A stretch of 64,000 nucleotides of DNA from an uncultured Pelagibacteraceae bacterium (GTDB lineage: Bacteria; Pseudomonadota; Alphaproteobacteria; Pelagibacterales; Pelagibacteraceae). The DNA is taken from NCBI GenBank assembly GCA_902591045.1, contig CACIZC010000003.1, positions 29,568 through 93,567 on the forward strand, read 5' to 3'. A program made the translations under genes and the position numbers. Each line of letters starts with the position of its first letter. The stretch's first letter is position 1. The notes below the pieces were generated by a model. It worked only from the letters and a program-made list of their open reading frames with translations, was not told the DNA's origin and did no database searches. Shown here one piece after another: positions 1 through 13,635 of this stretch.

Positions 1-118
1 CGTTTACTTCGCTTTTTTCTGCAACTGCAAACCATTTTTTAAACAAAACTATAGGATTTGCTTCATCTTCAAAACAAATATCCAGTCCTAACGAATTTTG
101 GCCATTTTTTTGATTCAT
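1..118 (-). CDS. pdxH: pyridoxamine 5'-phosphate oxidase, N-terminal 39 codons only (gene runs off the window)
   Basis: Minus-strand ATG at 116-118 with an open frame to position 1. Translation MNQKNGQNSLGLDICFEDEANPIVLFKKWFAVAEKSEVN resembles the PdxH N-terminus (P..LF..W...A....). Only a fragment is visible. Confidence 0.45.
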   Translation of the reverse strand, partial: MNQKNGQNSLGLDICFEDEANPIVLFKKWFAVAEKSEVN

Positions 119-152
119 AAATTATATAAAATAATTTATACATTAATTATCG

Positions 153-1235
153 ATGTCTTTTAATACTTTTGGAAAAATATTTAGGTTTACCACATGGGGT
201 GAGTCCCATGGTCCAGCTATTGGCTGTATTGTGGATGGTTGTCCTCCAAATATTGCATTATCTGAAAAAGACATACAAAAAGACATGAATCGTAGAAGAC
301 CTGGTAACTCTAAATTTGTATCACAAAGAAAAGAGTCGGATAAAATTGAAATTTTGTCAGGAGTATTTAACGGCAAAACTACCGGGACTCCAATCTCAAT
401 ATTAATCCGTAATGAGGATAAAAGGTCAAGAGATTATGAGTCAATTAAAAATAAATTTAGACCTGGGCATGCAGATTTTACTTATTTTAAAAAATACGGA
501 ATAAGAGACTATAGAGGTGGGGGCCGTCAATCCGCAAGAGAAACAGCTTCTAGAGTGGCTGCAGGTGCAATTGCAAAAACAGTTTTAAAAAATATTATTG
601 GAAAAAAATTTAATATTATTGGTGCAGTCATTCAATTAGGTTTAATGGGATGTGATAGAAATAAATGGAATAATAGTGAAATAAGAAAAAATCCTTTTTT
701 CTGTCCTGATAAACAATCAGTTAAAGTTTGGGAAAAATATCTCTTAGCAGTAAGAAAATCTGGTTCCTCTTGTGGAGCAATTATTGAACTACGAGCTAAT
801 GGTATTCCCGCAGGACTTGGGGCGCCAATTTACTCAAAACTCGATTCCGATATAGCTTCAGCATTAATGAGTATTAATGCTGTTAAAGGAGTAAATGTTG
901 GTTCTGGTATGAGCACTGCATATTTATCTGGGGAAGAAAACTCTGATGAAATTAGATCTAAGTCTGGAAAAATAAAATTTAAAAGCAACAATGCTGGCGG
1001 TATACTTGGTGGCATATCTTCTGGACAAGAAATTGTTGCTTCTTTTGCAGTAAAACCAACGTCTTCGATAATTAACAGTAGAGAAACGATAGATAAAAAA
1101 GGTAAGAATACAAAAATTTCAGTAAGAGGCCGACATGATCCTTGTGTTGGTATCCGAGCTGTTCCTATAGGAGAAGCAATGCTTTCTTGTGTGTTATTAG
1201 ATCATCTTCTTATGAATAGAGCGCAGTGTGGTTAG
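153..1235 (+). CDS. aroC: chorismate synthase
   Basis: 360-aa ORF with [13 protein letters not shown] at the N-terminus and GRHDPCVG near the C-terminus, both typical of AroC. Confidence 0.95.
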   Translation: MSFNTFGKIFRFTTWGESHGPAIGCIVDGCPPNIALSEKDIQKDMNRRRPGNSKFVSQRKESDKIEILSGVFNGKTTGTPISILIRNEDKRSRDYESIKNKFRPGHADFTYFKKYGIRDYRGGGRQSARETASRVAAGAIAKTVLKNIIGKKFNIIGAVIQLGLMGCDRNKWNNSEIRKNPFFCPDKQSVKVWEKYLLAVRKSGSSCGAIIELRANGIPAGLGAPIYSKLDSDIASALMSINAVKGVNVGSGMSTAYLSGEENSDEIRSKSGKIKFKSNNAGGILGGISSGQEIVASFAVKPTSSIINSRETIDKKGKNTKISVRGRHDPCVGIRAVPIGEAMLSCVLLDHLLMNRAQCG

Positions 1236-3148
1236 GAAAGATTTTTATTTTTTGCAATAACAATATTAGAATTTAAAACGCTTTCTACTTTTTGAACTAT
1301 GCTATGACAATCCAAACCTGCCACTTTATACATTTTTTCTGGTGTATCTTGATCTAAAAATTTGTCTGGTAAAATCATTGATCTAAATTTTAGACCTTTG
1401 TCAAAAAATCCTCTATCGGACAATAATTTCGAAACATGAGAGGCAAACCCACCTATTGAGCCTTCTTCAATTGTTATCATAGCCTCATGATTTGATGCCA
1501 ATTCAACAATAAGTTTTTCATCCAAAGGCTTAGCAAATCTTGCGTCAAAAATAGTTGTTGTAATTCCCTTCTTCTTAAGAATTTCTGAAGCTTTTTTACA
1601 TTCATTCAATCGTGCTCCAAAGTTTAAAATGGCTAAGTTTTTTCCTTCCAAAATCATTTTTCCTTTTCCTATCTCAAGAATTTCTTTAATACCTGGCAAT
1701 TCAATACCAATTCCATTTCCCCTGGGATATCTAAAGGCTGATGGTCTGTCATTTATATTCACAGAAGTATTTATCATTCTCACTAATTCTGCTTCATCAC
1801 TTGCAGCCATAACTACAAAATTAGGTAATGTTGACAAATATGTTATATCAAAAGACCCTGCGTGGGTCGGGCCATCTGCTCCAACCAATCCAGCTCTATC
1901 AATTGCAAACCTAACTGGGAGAGATTGTATTGCAACATCATGAACAACCTGATCATATGCTCTCTGTAAAAAAGTTGAGTAAATTGTAGCGAATGGTTTA
2001 TATCCCTCAGTTGCCAAACCAGCAGCAAATGTTACTCCGTGTTGTTCGGCAATACCGACATCAAACATTCTTTCTGGGAATTTTTTTTCAAACAGGTCCA
2101 ACCCGGTTCCCGAAGGCATAGCCCCAGTAATCGCAACGATTTTTGTATCATTTTCAGCATGTTTAATAAGAGTATTAGCAAAAACTTTTGTGTACGAAGG
2201 TGAATTTGACTTTCCTTTAGATTGTTCTCCAGTTAAAACATTAAATTTTGAAACCCCATGGTACTTATCTCCAGATTCTTCTGCTGGTTTATAACCTTTA
2301 CCTTTTTTTGTAATTGTGTGAATTAAAATTGGACCTTCGTGTTTAGAATTTTTTACATTTTCTAAAATAGTTACTAAATTATTTACATCGTGACCATCGA
2401 TGGGCCCTATATAGTAAAATCCTAGTTGATTAAAAAGTGTTCCTCCAGTTACGATACTTCTAAGCATATCTTCTGCTTTACCTGCGGTTTTTGAAAATCT
2501 TCTAGAAAAAGCAGAAAGTATTAATTTGATTGTTTCTCTTAAACTAAAATAAATTTTTCCTGACAAAAGCTTTGCTAAATATTTACTCATCGCACCTACG
2601 GGTCTAGCTATTGACATATCGTTATCATTCAATATTACGATTAGTTTAGACTTCATAGCGCCAGCATTGTTCATTGCTTCATAGGCCATACCTGCGCTCA
2701 TAGCTCCGTCACCAATTACAGCTATAACATTATTTTTATCGTTCGAGAGTCTTTTTGCTGTAGCCATTCCCAAAGTTGATGAAATTGAAGTTGAGCTATG
2801 CGCTGCTCCGAAAGGATCATACTCACTCTCAGCTCTTTTGGTAAAACCTGACAGCCCTCCTCCTTTACGAAGAGTTCTTATTCTATCTTTTCTTCCAGTA
2901 ATTATTTTATGAGGATAGCATTGGTGCCCAACATCCCATACTAATTTATCTTTTGGAGTATTAAAGACGTAGTGTAATGCTACGGTCAACTCAACCACAC
3001 CAAGACCTGCTCCTAAATGACCTCCTGTCTCCGATACAACATTAATCACTTCAGATCTTAATTCTTCGGATACCTGTTCCAGCTGATTTTTTTTAAGCAA
3101 CCTCAAATCTGCTGGATAATTAATTTTATCTAATAATTTCGTACTCAT
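1232..3148 (-). CDS. dxs: 1-deoxy-D-xylulose-5-phosphate synthase
   Basis: 638 aa with a TPP motif [18 protein letters not shown] and a transketolase-like layout. Sits in the conserved xseB-ispA-dxs arrangement. Confidence 0.95.
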   Translation of the reverse strand: MSTKLLDKINYPADLRLLKKNQLEQVSEELRSEVINVVSETGGHLGAGLGVVELTVALHYVFNTPKDKLVWDVGHQCYPHKIITGRKDRIRTLRKGGGLSGFTKRAESEYDPFGAAHSSTSISSTLGMATAKRLSNDKNNVIAVIGDGAMSAGMAYEAMNNAGAMKSKLIVILNDNDMSIARPVGAMSKYLAKLLSGKIYFSLRETIKLILSAFSRRFSKTAGKAEDMLRSIVTGGTLFNQLGFYYIGPIDGHDVNNLVTILENVKNSKHEGPILIHTITKKGKGYKPAEESGDKYHGVSKFNVLTGEQSKGKSNSPSYTKVFANTLIKHAENDTKIVAITGAMPSGTGLDLFEKKFPERMFDVGIAEQHGVTFAAGLATEGYKPFATIYSTFLQRAYDQVVHDVAIQSLPVRFAIDRAGLVGADGPTHAGSFDITYLSTLPNFVVMAASDEAELVRMINTSVNINDRPSAFRYPRGNGIGIELPGIKEILEIGKGKMILEGKNLAILNFGARLNECKKASEILKKKGITTTIFDARFAKPLDEKLIVELASNHEAMITIEEGSIGGFASHVSKLLSDRGFFDKGLKFRSMILPDKFLDQDTPEKMYKVAGLDCHSIVQKVESVLNSNIVIAKNKNLS

Positions 3149-4020
3149 TAATAACTTCTATCTAGAATAAAATCTATTGTCTCAATAAGATTGTTAGATT
3201 TCTTTCCGTATTTTTTTAATTTTTTAATTATCATCTTTTTTCTTTTTAAAGCAAATTGCAATGTTTTTTTATAACCTAGTAAATTAATTAGCGTAGATTT
3301 GCCCTTTTTTCTATCTTTATTAACTGGTTTTCCAACCTTCCTTTTGCTGCCTTTAACATCTAAAAGATCGTCTGCTATTTGAAATAAAAAACCTATTTCT
3401 CTACCTATGTTCGCCATATCATTCTGAATTTTTTTACTCTTTCCTGAAATTATTGCTGGTGCTAAGCAGCAGTATTCAAACAATTTTCCAGTTTTCTTTT
3501 TTTGCATTAACATAATTTTTGAGGCATTTGTTTTTCTTTTTTCATAATTTAAATCTAAATACTGGCCCCCAGCGATACCGGTATGACCAGCACATTCTGC
3601 TAATTTTTTTAAAAGCAATAACTTTGCATTACGATTAATATTAAAATTCTTTTCTATAATTATTTCGAAAGCTAATGTTAGAAGTGAGTTTCCAGCAAGT
3701 ATAGCTGTCGACTCTCCAAATTTAATGTGAGTCGCAGGCTTTCCTCTTCTAAGATTATCGTTATCCATACATGGTAGATCGTCGTGAATTAAAGAGTATG
3801 AGTGTATACATTCAACTGCACCACAGATATTTACAACCTTGTTAAAATTTAAGTTAAAAATATTTGCAACATTTAATATTATTGTTGACCTAATTTTTTT
3901 TCCTCCGTGTAAAGTGCCGTACTTCATTGGCATGACAAGATCTGAATAAGCTTGCTTTCTAAAATATTTTTTTAGAAAGCTGTCAATTTTAAATGCGTTT
4001 TTATTAATATTTTTAAACAT
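3148..4020 (-). CDS. ispA: farnesyl/geranyl diphosphate synthase
   Basis: 290 aa with two Asp-rich motifs ([15 protein letters not shown] and IADDLLD) of trans-prenyl diphosphate synthases. Start overlaps the dxs stop by 1 nt. Confidence 0.9.
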   Translation of the reverse strand: MFKNINKNAFKIDSFLKKYFRKQAYSDLVMPMKYGTLHGGKKIRSTIILNVANIFNLNFNKVVNICGAVECIHSYSLIHDDLPCMDNDNLRRGKPATHIKFGESTAILAGNSLLTLAFEIIIEKNFNINRNAKLLLLKKLAECAGHTGIAGGQYLDLNYEKRKTNASKIMLMQKKKTGKLFEYCCLAPAIISGKSKKIQNDMANIGREIGFLFQIADDLLDVKGSKRKVGKPVNKDRKKGKSTLINLLGYKKTLQFALKRKKMIIKKLKKYGKKSNNLIETIDFILDRSY

Positions 4021-4030
4021 ATTCTTTAAG

Positions 4031-4246
4031 TTATTTTTTCTTTGTCATGGATCTAATACTCTCAAGTCTTTTTTTGAAGATTAAGTCAATATGATTATTT
4101 AATTGAATAAGTCTTTCATAATCTTTGGTTGAGCTTTCAAGGTTTGTACTATTGTTTTCTAATCTTTCTAAAATATCTGTTATTTCAGATTTGGCGTCGT
4201 TTAATGATTTACTTTTAATATCATCTGGAATATTTTTTATTTTCAT
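4031..4246 (-). CDS. xseB: exodeoxyribonuclease VII small subunit
   Basis: 71-aa helical protein directly upstream of ispA-dxs, the conserved bacterial synteny. Sequence resembles XseB. Confidence 0.8.
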   Translation of the reverse strand: MKIKNIPDDIKSKSLNDAKSEITDILERLENNSTNLESSTKDYERLIQLNNHIDLIFKKRLESIRSMTKKK

Positions 4247-4267
4247 AAAAAATATAATAATAGTAAT

Positions 4268-5209
4268 ATGAAAAATATCTATAAAAATTCACCAAAAAAT
4301 TTGAATAAAGCAAAAAAACTTTTAAGGAAAAACAATATAATTGTAGTACCTACTGAGACTGTTTATGGTTTGGCGGGTAATGCTTATTCGAATTCTTCAA
4401 TAAAAAAAATTTATAAACTCAAAAAGAGACCAAAAATAAATCCTCTGATTATTCATTATAATAATATTCATTCAGTAAAAAAGGACGCATATCTAGATGA
4501 AAAATTTATTAAGCTATACAAAAAATTTTCTCCTGGTCCCCTGACTTATATTCTAAAAAAGAAAAAAAACTCAAAAATTTCCATGCTGGCTAATGCAAAT
4601 TTAGAAACTATCGCGGTAAGATTTCCAAAAAATAAAATTGTTAGAGACTTATTACAAAATTTAGAATTTCCTTTAGCCATCCCAAGTGCAAATATATCTT
4701 CTGCTATAAGCCCAGTTAATTGCGTTGATGTTTTAGATGAATTCGGTAAAAAAATAAAATTTATTTTGGATGGTGGTACAGCTAAAATTGGCTTGGAATC
4801 AACAGTGGTAAACTTACATGGTAAAACTCAAATACTAAGGCCAGGTTCTATTAGTAAGAAGCAAATTAGTCAGGTTTTAAAAAAGAAAATATCAATTTTA
4901 AAAAAAATTAACAAAATAACATCACCTGGTCTACTAAAAAGACATTATTCTCCAGGGATACCAGTTAAACTTAACTGCAAAAAAAAGGAAGATAAAGCCG
5001 CATTCATAGTGTTTGGAAAAAAGTATAGAAATGGAAATGGTGTATTTAATTTAAGTAAAAGTGGCAACTTAAAAGAGGCTGCGAGAAAATTATATAAAAC
5101 TTTAAGAAAAATAAAAAATTTAAAGTATAAAAAAATAAATGTGGTTAAAATTCCAAACAGTAAAATTGGAATTGCTATAAATGATAGATTAAAAAAAGCA
5201 GCATATTAA
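4268..5209 (+). CDS. tsaC: L-threonylcarbamoyladenylate synthase (Sua5/YwlC type, YrdC domain plus Sua5 C-domain)
   Basis: 313 aa with the YrdC-family motif VVPTETVYGLAGNA and a C-terminal extension of Sua5 length. Confidence 0.85.
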   Translation: MKNIYKNSPKNLNKAKKLLRKNNIIVVPTETVYGLAGNAYSNSSIKKIYKLKKRPKINPLIIHYNNIHSVKKDAYLDEKFIKLYKKFSPGPLTYILKKKKNSKISMLANANLETIAVRFPKNKIVRDLLQNLEFPLAIPSANISSAISPVNCVDVLDEFGKKIKFILDGGTAKIGLESTVVNLHGKTQILRPGSISKKQISQVLKKKISILKKINKITSPGLLKRHYSPGIPVKLNCKKKEDKAAFIVFGKKYRNGNGVFNLSKSGNLKEAARKLYKTLRKIKNLKYKKINVVKIPNSKIGIAINDRLKKAAY

Positions 5210-5211
5210 AA

Positions 5212-5946
5212 ATGTTTATACAGATTAAAAATCTTACAAAAAAATTTAATAATACTTTGGCTGTTAATAATATTAATTTTAATATTGGAAAAAATAAAAC
5301 TGTAGGCTTGCTTGGTCCAAATGGTTGTGGAAAAACTACATCTATTGGAATGATGCTTGGTTTGATAAAACCTAACAGTGGTGAAATAATTATAGATAAT
5401 AAAAATTTAGAAACTTTAAGTAGAGATGATATATTAGCTAGAATTAATTTTGCTTCACCATATATAGAGCTACCCAAGAAACTAACTGTAAGACAAAACT
5501 TAGAGGTATATGGCAGACTTTATGGTGTAAAAAAATTAAAAGATCGAATAGAAGAAATATCAGAAGACTTGGATATAAAAAGTTTTTTTAATCGAAAAAC
5601 TGGAGAACTTTCATCTGGACAAAAAAATAGGGTTTCATTGGCCAAGTCATTAATTAATAAACCTGAGATATTGCTTTTAGACGAACCAACAGCAAGTCTT
5701 GATCCAGATATAGGAGATTTTGTAAGAGGTTATATTCAAAAATATAGATCTAAAAATCAAGTTACCGTACTTCTTGCTTCACATAATATGAACGAAGTTG
5801 AAAGATTGTGTGACAGTATAATAATGATGAAAAATGGAAAAATTATTGACAGAGGAACTTGTGAAGAAATTATAAAAAAACATGGAAGAAACAATCTTGA
5901 AGAAACATTTCTTAAATTAGCAAGGAGCAAAGATGAACTTCAGTAA
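5212..5946 (+). CDS. ABC transporter ATP-binding protein (ABC-2 type)
   Basis: Walker A GPNGCGKTT, signature LSSGQKNR, Walker B LLLDEPT. Confidence 0.9.
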   Translation: MFIQIKNLTKKFNNTLAVNNINFNIGKNKTVGLLGPNGCGKTTSIGMMLGLIKPNSGEIIIDNKNLETLSRDDILARINFASPYIELPKKLTVRQNLEVYGRLYGVKKLKDRIEEISEDLDIKSFFNRKTGELSSGQKNRVSLAKSLINKPEILLLDEPTASLDPDIGDFVRGYIQKYRSKNQVTVLLASHNMNEVERLCDSIIMMKNGKIIDRGTCEEIIKKHGRNNLEETFLKLARSKDELQ

Positions 5947-6724
5947 AATCTATGCTTTAGGACTAAGACATATATATTTAATAAGCAACTCCTTGCCAAG
6001 AATTATAGATTTAATTTACTGGCCTACAGTTCAGATTTTTCTCTGGGGATTTATATCTAAATTTTTTACTTTAAGTTCAGATTATTATAGCAACACTGTT
6101 GGTATTATTTTAACTGCAGCAATTTTATATGATTTTTTGTTTAGAGTAAGCATAAGTTTTAATATGATGTTTTTAGAAGAAATTTGGAGTAGAAATTTCA
6201 CAAATTTATTTATAGCTCCTATCAAAATTAGTGAAATTATCACATCCCTTACTTTGACTGCAGTTTTAAGAGCGCTTATAGGTTTGGTACCAGCGGCAAT
6301 CATAGCAATACCTCTTTTTGGTGTTTCAGTTTTTAAACTTGGTTTGCCATTGTTATTCTTATTATTATCTTTATATCTTTTTGGTGTTACCTTGGGTCTT
6401 TTAGTCACTTCTGGATTATTAAGGTTTGGTCCCTCATTTGAAAATATTGCTTGGGCTAGTTTGTTTTTTCTGGCTCCACTAGGATGTATTTATTATCCTA
6501 TAGAAGTACTGCCAAACTCGCTGCAATTTCTAGCAAAGGGACTGCCTTTAGTTCATATATTTGAGGAAATGAGAAGTATTCTGTTAAATGGAACGGTGGA
6601 TTATTTAGACATAATTAAATCAATATCTATATCTATAGTTTATTTTGTTTTAGGTGTTATAATTTTTTACCTTTCTTTTTTGGGAGCTAAAGTCAGAGGA
6701 ACATTGATTAACATGGGTGAATAA
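5933..6724 (+). CDS. ABC-2 family transporter permease
   Basis: 263-aa protein with multiple hydrophobic spans. Overlaps the ATPase gene by 14 nt (translational coupling). Confidence 0.75.
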   Translation: MNFSKIYALGLRHIYLISNSLPRIIDLIYWPTVQIFLWGFISKFFTLSSDYYSNTVGIILTAAILYDFLFRVSISFNMMFLEEIWSRNFTNLFIAPIKISEIITSLTLTAVLRALIGLVPAAIIAIPLFGVSVFKLGLPLLFLLLSLYLFGVTLGLLVTSGLLRFGPSFENIAWASLFFLAPLGCIYYPIEVLPNSLQFLAKGLPLVHIFEEMRSILLNGTVDYLDIIKSISISIVYFVLGVIIFYLSFLGAKVRGTLINMGE

Positions 6725-6730
6725 AAAATT

Positions 6731-7438
6731 ATGCGTGAAAAAATTGATGAGATAAAAAAAACCGAGTCCTCTCCTAAAGTTATTAAAAATTTATATAGCA
6801 AAGAGGAAATTCAAGATTTTTTAAAATTGTACAATAATCTTCCAATTACAACACATAACAAAAAGCAAAACGTTATAAAAAAAAGGTGGTTGCAAGGATA
6901 TAATGTGAAATTGGAAAAATTATTTTTTGAAAGACTTACAAAAGAAATTGGAGATTTTAAAATGGACAATCTCAAAGATGAGAAAGGTAAAGATGTTTAT
7001 GGACTTATACAGGAAAGTTATGCTCCAATTGGTTTACATGTTGATGCGGGTTTTGAATTAAAAAGCCGTATATACAAGCAAAGCTTAATTCCACTAACTC
7101 CTGTTGGAAGTACAGTAATTTTTAAAAATAGATTTTATGAAATGTCAACTAGCTTTACTCAAGATCCAGAAGAGCTTAAGAAAAAAAATTTAAGTTATGG
7201 TCAGAACAAGAGATCGTCTGAACATTTAAAATTGTATGGCAATAAACCATTTGATAAAAAAATACATGAACAATATCTGAAACACGAGAATATAGATAAT
7301 TTAAAAGGTCTAGAAGTAGAGATGATTTATGAATGGGAAATTGGATCGATGTTGATTTTTGATAGATCTCATTTACATTGCTCATCCTCAATTATTGAGG
7401 GTAAAAAAATTGGGATAGCAACATTTACAAAAAAATAA
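6731..7438 (+). CDS. hypothetical protein, possible 2OG-Fe(II)/PhyH-like dioxygenase fold
   Basis: 235-aa ORF packed between neighbours. Only weak cues: an H-x-D (GLHVDAG) and a distal His (FDRSHLHCS) spaced like a facial triad. Confidence 0.35.
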   Translation: MREKIDEIKKTESSPKVIKNLYSKEEIQDFLKLYNNLPITTHNKKQNVIKKRWLQGYNVKLEKLFFERLTKEIGDFKMDNLKDEKGKDVYGLIQESYAPIGLHVDAGFELKSRIYKQSLIPLTPVGSTVIFKNRFYEMSTSFTQDPEELKKKNLSYGQNKRSSEHLKLYGNKPFDKKIHEQYLKHENIDNLKGLEVEMIYEWEIGSMLIFDRSHLHCSSSIIEGKKIGIATFTKK

Positions 7439-7447
7439 ACAATTTTT

Positions 7448-8257
7448 ATGGCTATATTTGATTGCTTCCAATATTTTAACGAGGAACATATTGCGGATTT
7501 AAGGTTTAACATTTTAGATGAATTTATTGATACATTTGTAATAGTTGAATCCACAGTTAATCACCAGGGGAAAGAAAAAAAATTACATTTTGATATAAAT
7601 AAATATAAAAAGTTTAAAAATAAAATAATTTATATTGTTGTAGATGATACGCCTGAAAATATAAAAAAGCCACATGTTGGAGGAGAGTCCCTGGTTGAAC
7701 AGCATCAAAGAAATTCTTTAATGAAAGGTTTAAATAAATGTGCCGATGATGATCTTGTAATACTTTCAGATGTTGATGAGATACCTGACTTAAACAAACT
7801 AAAACTTTTTGATAAAAAAAGAAAATTTGCAGTATTCTCTCAGAAAATGTTCAGCTATAAGATCAATCTTCTTAATGAAACTGAAAGTAACTGGCACGGA
7901 TCAAAAATTTGCTTAAAAAAAAATCTTAAATCGCCACAGTGGCTAAGAAATTTGAAATTTAAAAAATACCCTTTTTGGAGGATTGATAAACCCAGAAATC
8001 TTCAAATAATTGAAAATGGTGGTTGGCATTTTGCTTATCTTCACAATCCTGAAAATATTGCAAATAAAATTAAATCATTCGCGCATGGAGAGTTTAATAA
8101 AAATGATTTTGTAGATGAAAATAAAATTAAAGAGAAAATCAATTTTGGCAAAGATTTATTTGACAGAGAAATAAAATTTAAAAAAGTTCAAATTGACGAA
8201 ACTTTTCCAAAGTATATTTTAAAGAACCAGGATAAGTTAAAAGAGTGGATTCTTTAA
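7448..8257 (+). CDS. glycosyltransferase family 17-like protein (beta-1,4-GlcNAc-transferase III family)
   Basis: N-terminal DCFQYFNEEHIADLRFNILDEFIDTFVIVES, SDVDEIP, and GGWHFAYL...KIKSFAH match remembered GT17 (PF04724) blocks. Confidence 0.7.
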   Translation: MAIFDCFQYFNEEHIADLRFNILDEFIDTFVIVESTVNHQGKEKKLHFDINKYKKFKNKIIYIVVDDTPENIKKPHVGGESLVEQHQRNSLMKGLNKCADDDLVILSDVDEIPDLNKLKLFDKKRKFAVFSQKMFSYKINLLNETESNWHGSKICLKKNLKSPQWLRNLKFKKYPFWRIDKPRNLQIIENGGWHFAYLHNPENIANKIKSFAHGEFNKNDFVDENKIKEKINFGKDLFDREIKFKKVQIDETFPKYILKNQDKLKEWIL

Positions 8258-8273
8258 TTGAATAAAACTAAAG

Positions 8274-9506
8274 ATGAAAAATTTCATTAAAAATTTTACT
8301 TTACTACTATTTTCTTTGATTTTTACTATTTACCTAGTAGAGGGAATTTTTACAATTATTTCTCCTAGTGAGGAAAAAAATTTAACAAACATAAATGAAA
8401 TTAGAATAAAAAATGCTAAACAACTTAATAAGCCGATTGATTTAAGATCACCTAATACTGCATTTCGAGACATGAGCAGGGATATAAAAAACCTGACTAT
8501 TAATTATCGTTTTAATCCAGTTTATTTTAATTTTAAAACCTTTAAAGAGGCAAAAGAAAAAGGATCGGTAATTCCATTAAGAGGTCCTATAAACAAGCCT
8601 TCATTAACATGTGCTGAGGATTTGACTTACAAAGTGTCTAGTAACGATAGGCTAGGTTTTAAAAATAGCGACGAAACTTATAACAAAAAAATTGACCTAA
8701 TAATATTAGGGGACTCTTTTGCAGAAGGCTGGTGTTATGATGAAAAAGATGATGTTGCAGGTTTGTTGAGAAAGAAAAATATTAACTCACTAAATTTTGG
8801 AGTTGCAGGTGCTGGCCCACTTTTATCTTTGGCTGTTATGAAAGAATATGTAGGTAAATTTAAACCAAAATACATGCTTTTTTTTTATTGTGAAGCGAAC
8901 GATCTCATAGATTTAAATTATGAAAAAAATAATTTTCTTTTAAAAAAGTATTTATCAGACAGTTTTTCTCAAAATCTAATAAAAAAATTCGATGAAAAAA
9001 AATTGTTTCTAGAAAATATTGATAAAGAGATAATAACTAAAATATTTAACGAAAGAGACGGTCTTCTTTTACAACAAACTAAAAAAGAAATATTATATGA
9101 AAGATTAAAAGATTTTTTTGAAATATCAAAAATTAAAACCCGTTTAAAACCCTTAATGAATTCAAGGGAAAACAATAAAGATCAAAAATTATTTTTTGAA
9201 ATCATGAAAGAAATGGATGTGTTTTCAAAAACTAATGATACAGAATTTATATTTGTTTATCTGCCGGCATGGGAAAGGTATTTTTCTAAATTTTCAAAAT
9301 ATAATAATAATATTGCAAAAAAAAATTATATTTTAGATGAAATTGAAAAAATGGATATTCATTTTATTGATATAGACAAAGCCTTTTCTAAAGAAGATAG
9401 TTTAGAGGTTTTTTTTCCTTTACATTATTATGGTCATTATAGCAGATTAGGGTATAAAAAAGTTACAGAAACTATTTTGGCAAACTTAAAAAAGGATGAA
9501 GGATAA
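8274..9506 (+). CDS. membrane-anchored hypothetical protein, possible SGNH/GDSL-type hydrolase or acyltransferase
   Basis: 410 aa with an N-terminal TM helix (FTLLLFSLIFTIYLVEGIFTII) and a GDS-like block ILGDSFAEGW. No other firm motif. Confidence 0.4.
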   Translation: MKNFIKNFTLLLFSLIFTIYLVEGIFTIISPSEEKNLTNINEIRIKNAKQLNKPIDLRSPNTAFRDMSRDIKNLTINYRFNPVYFNFKTFKEAKEKGSVIPLRGPINKPSLTCAEDLTYKVSSNDRLGFKNSDETYNKKIDLIILGDSFAEGWCYDEKDDVAGLLRKKNINSLNFGVAGAGPLLSLAVMKEYVGKFKPKYMLFFYCEANDLIDLNYEKNNFLLKKYLSDSFSQNLIKKFDEKKLFLENIDKEIITKIFNERDGLLLQQTKKEILYERLKDFFEISKIKTRLKPLMNSRENNKDQKLFFEIMKEMDVFSKTNDTEFIFVYLPAWERYFSKFSKYNNNIAKKNYILDEIEKMDIHFIDIDKAFSKEDSLEVFFPLHYYGHYSRLGYKKVTETILANLKKDEG

Positions 9507-9523
9507 TATAGAATATAATATTT

Positions 9524-9600
9524 TGGTGCGCCCGGAAGGATTTGAACCCTCAACCTTCTGATCCGTAATCAGACGCTCTATCCAGTTGAGCTACGAGCGC
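9524..9600 (-). tRNA. tRNA-Arg (anticodon ACG)
   Basis: Reverse complement GCGCTCGTAGCTCAACTGGATAGAGCGTCTGATTACGGATCAGAAGGTTGAGGGTTCAAATCCTTCCGGGCGCACCA folds as a cloverleaf. Anticodon loop TTACGGA, encoded CCA, 77 nt. Confidence 0.9.
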
Positions 9601-9623
9601 ATAAAGCGGTTTTAAATTATTAA

Positions 9624-10604
9624 ATGAATAAAACAATAACATTTTTAGCTAAAGAGGTTAATAATTCTATTAGATTAGATAAATTTTTAACGGAAAAACT
9701 CAACGATTATACCAGATCAGCAATTAAAAAAATTGTAGTCTCCGGAAATGTTAAAATTAATAATAAAACAATCTCATCTCCTTCTCAAAAAGTTAGAATT
9801 AATGATGCTGTAAAAGTAAATTTAATTCAAAATAAAACTGATCATCTAAGACCAAAAAAAATTAAAATAGATATAATTTATGAAGATAAAGAGATGGCTA
9901 TAATAGATAAACCTAGCGGCTTAGTTGTACATCCGGGTGCTGGCAACAAAGATAATACCTTGGTAAATGGCCTGCTCTATATTTTTAAAAAAAATTTGTC
10001 GTCTTTAAATGGTTTGTCAAGACCAGGAATAGTTCACAGGATTGATAAAGAAACAAGTGGAATTTTAGTGGTTGCAAAAAATAATTTTTCTCATGCAAAT
10101 TTATCAAAGCAATTTAGTGAGCACACGATTAAAAGAAAATATATTGCTTTAATTTGGGGTGTTGTCAGACCACTTAAAGGAAAAATTGTAACTTTAATAT
10201 CAAGAAGTAAAAAAAATAGACAACTAATGTCTGTAAGCGAACATTCGGGAAAAAAAGCAATAACTAATTATAAAACACTTAAAGTTTTTAATAATAAAGA
10301 AATACCTAAAATTAGTTTGATTGAATGTACATTAGACACTGGAAGAACACATCAAATAAGAGTTCATCTTACACATAAAGGCAACCCTTTAATAGGAGAT
10401 AAAAAATACGGAAAAAGAAAACTACAATTTAAAAAGATTAATAAAAAATTTTTAGAAATGCTCTCAAATTTTGATAGACAGGCACTTCATGCTCAAAGTT
10501 TAGGTTTTAAACATCCAACTAAGAAAGTATTTGTTAACTTTCAGTCTAAATTACCTAAAGATTTTAAAAAAATGCTGGATTTTCTTGAAAAACTTGATAG
10601 TTGA
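9624..10604 (+). CDS. rluD: 23S rRNA pseudouridine synthase, RluA/RluD family
   Basis: 326 aa with an N-terminal S4-like domain and the catalytic motif HRIDKETSGILVVAK. Confidence 0.88.
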   Translation: MNKTITFLAKEVNNSIRLDKFLTEKLNDYTRSAIKKIVVSGNVKINNKTISSPSQKVRINDAVKVNLIQNKTDHLRPKKIKIDIIYEDKEMAIIDKPSGLVVHPGAGNKDNTLVNGLLYIFKKNLSSLNGLSRPGIVHRIDKETSGILVVAKNNFSHANLSKQFSEHTIKRKYIALIWGVVRPLKGKIVTLISRSKKNRQLMSVSEHSGKKAITNYKTLKVFNNKEIPKISLIECTLDTGRTHQIRVHLTHKGNPLIGDKKYGKRKLQFKKINKKFLEMLSNFDRQALHAQSLGFKHPTKKVFVNFQSKLPKDFKKMLDFLEKLDS

Positions 10605-10639
10605 AAAATTTAAGTTTACAAATATATATACAATAACAA

Positions 10640-13634
<2,995 letters not shown>

Positions 13635-13635
13635 T

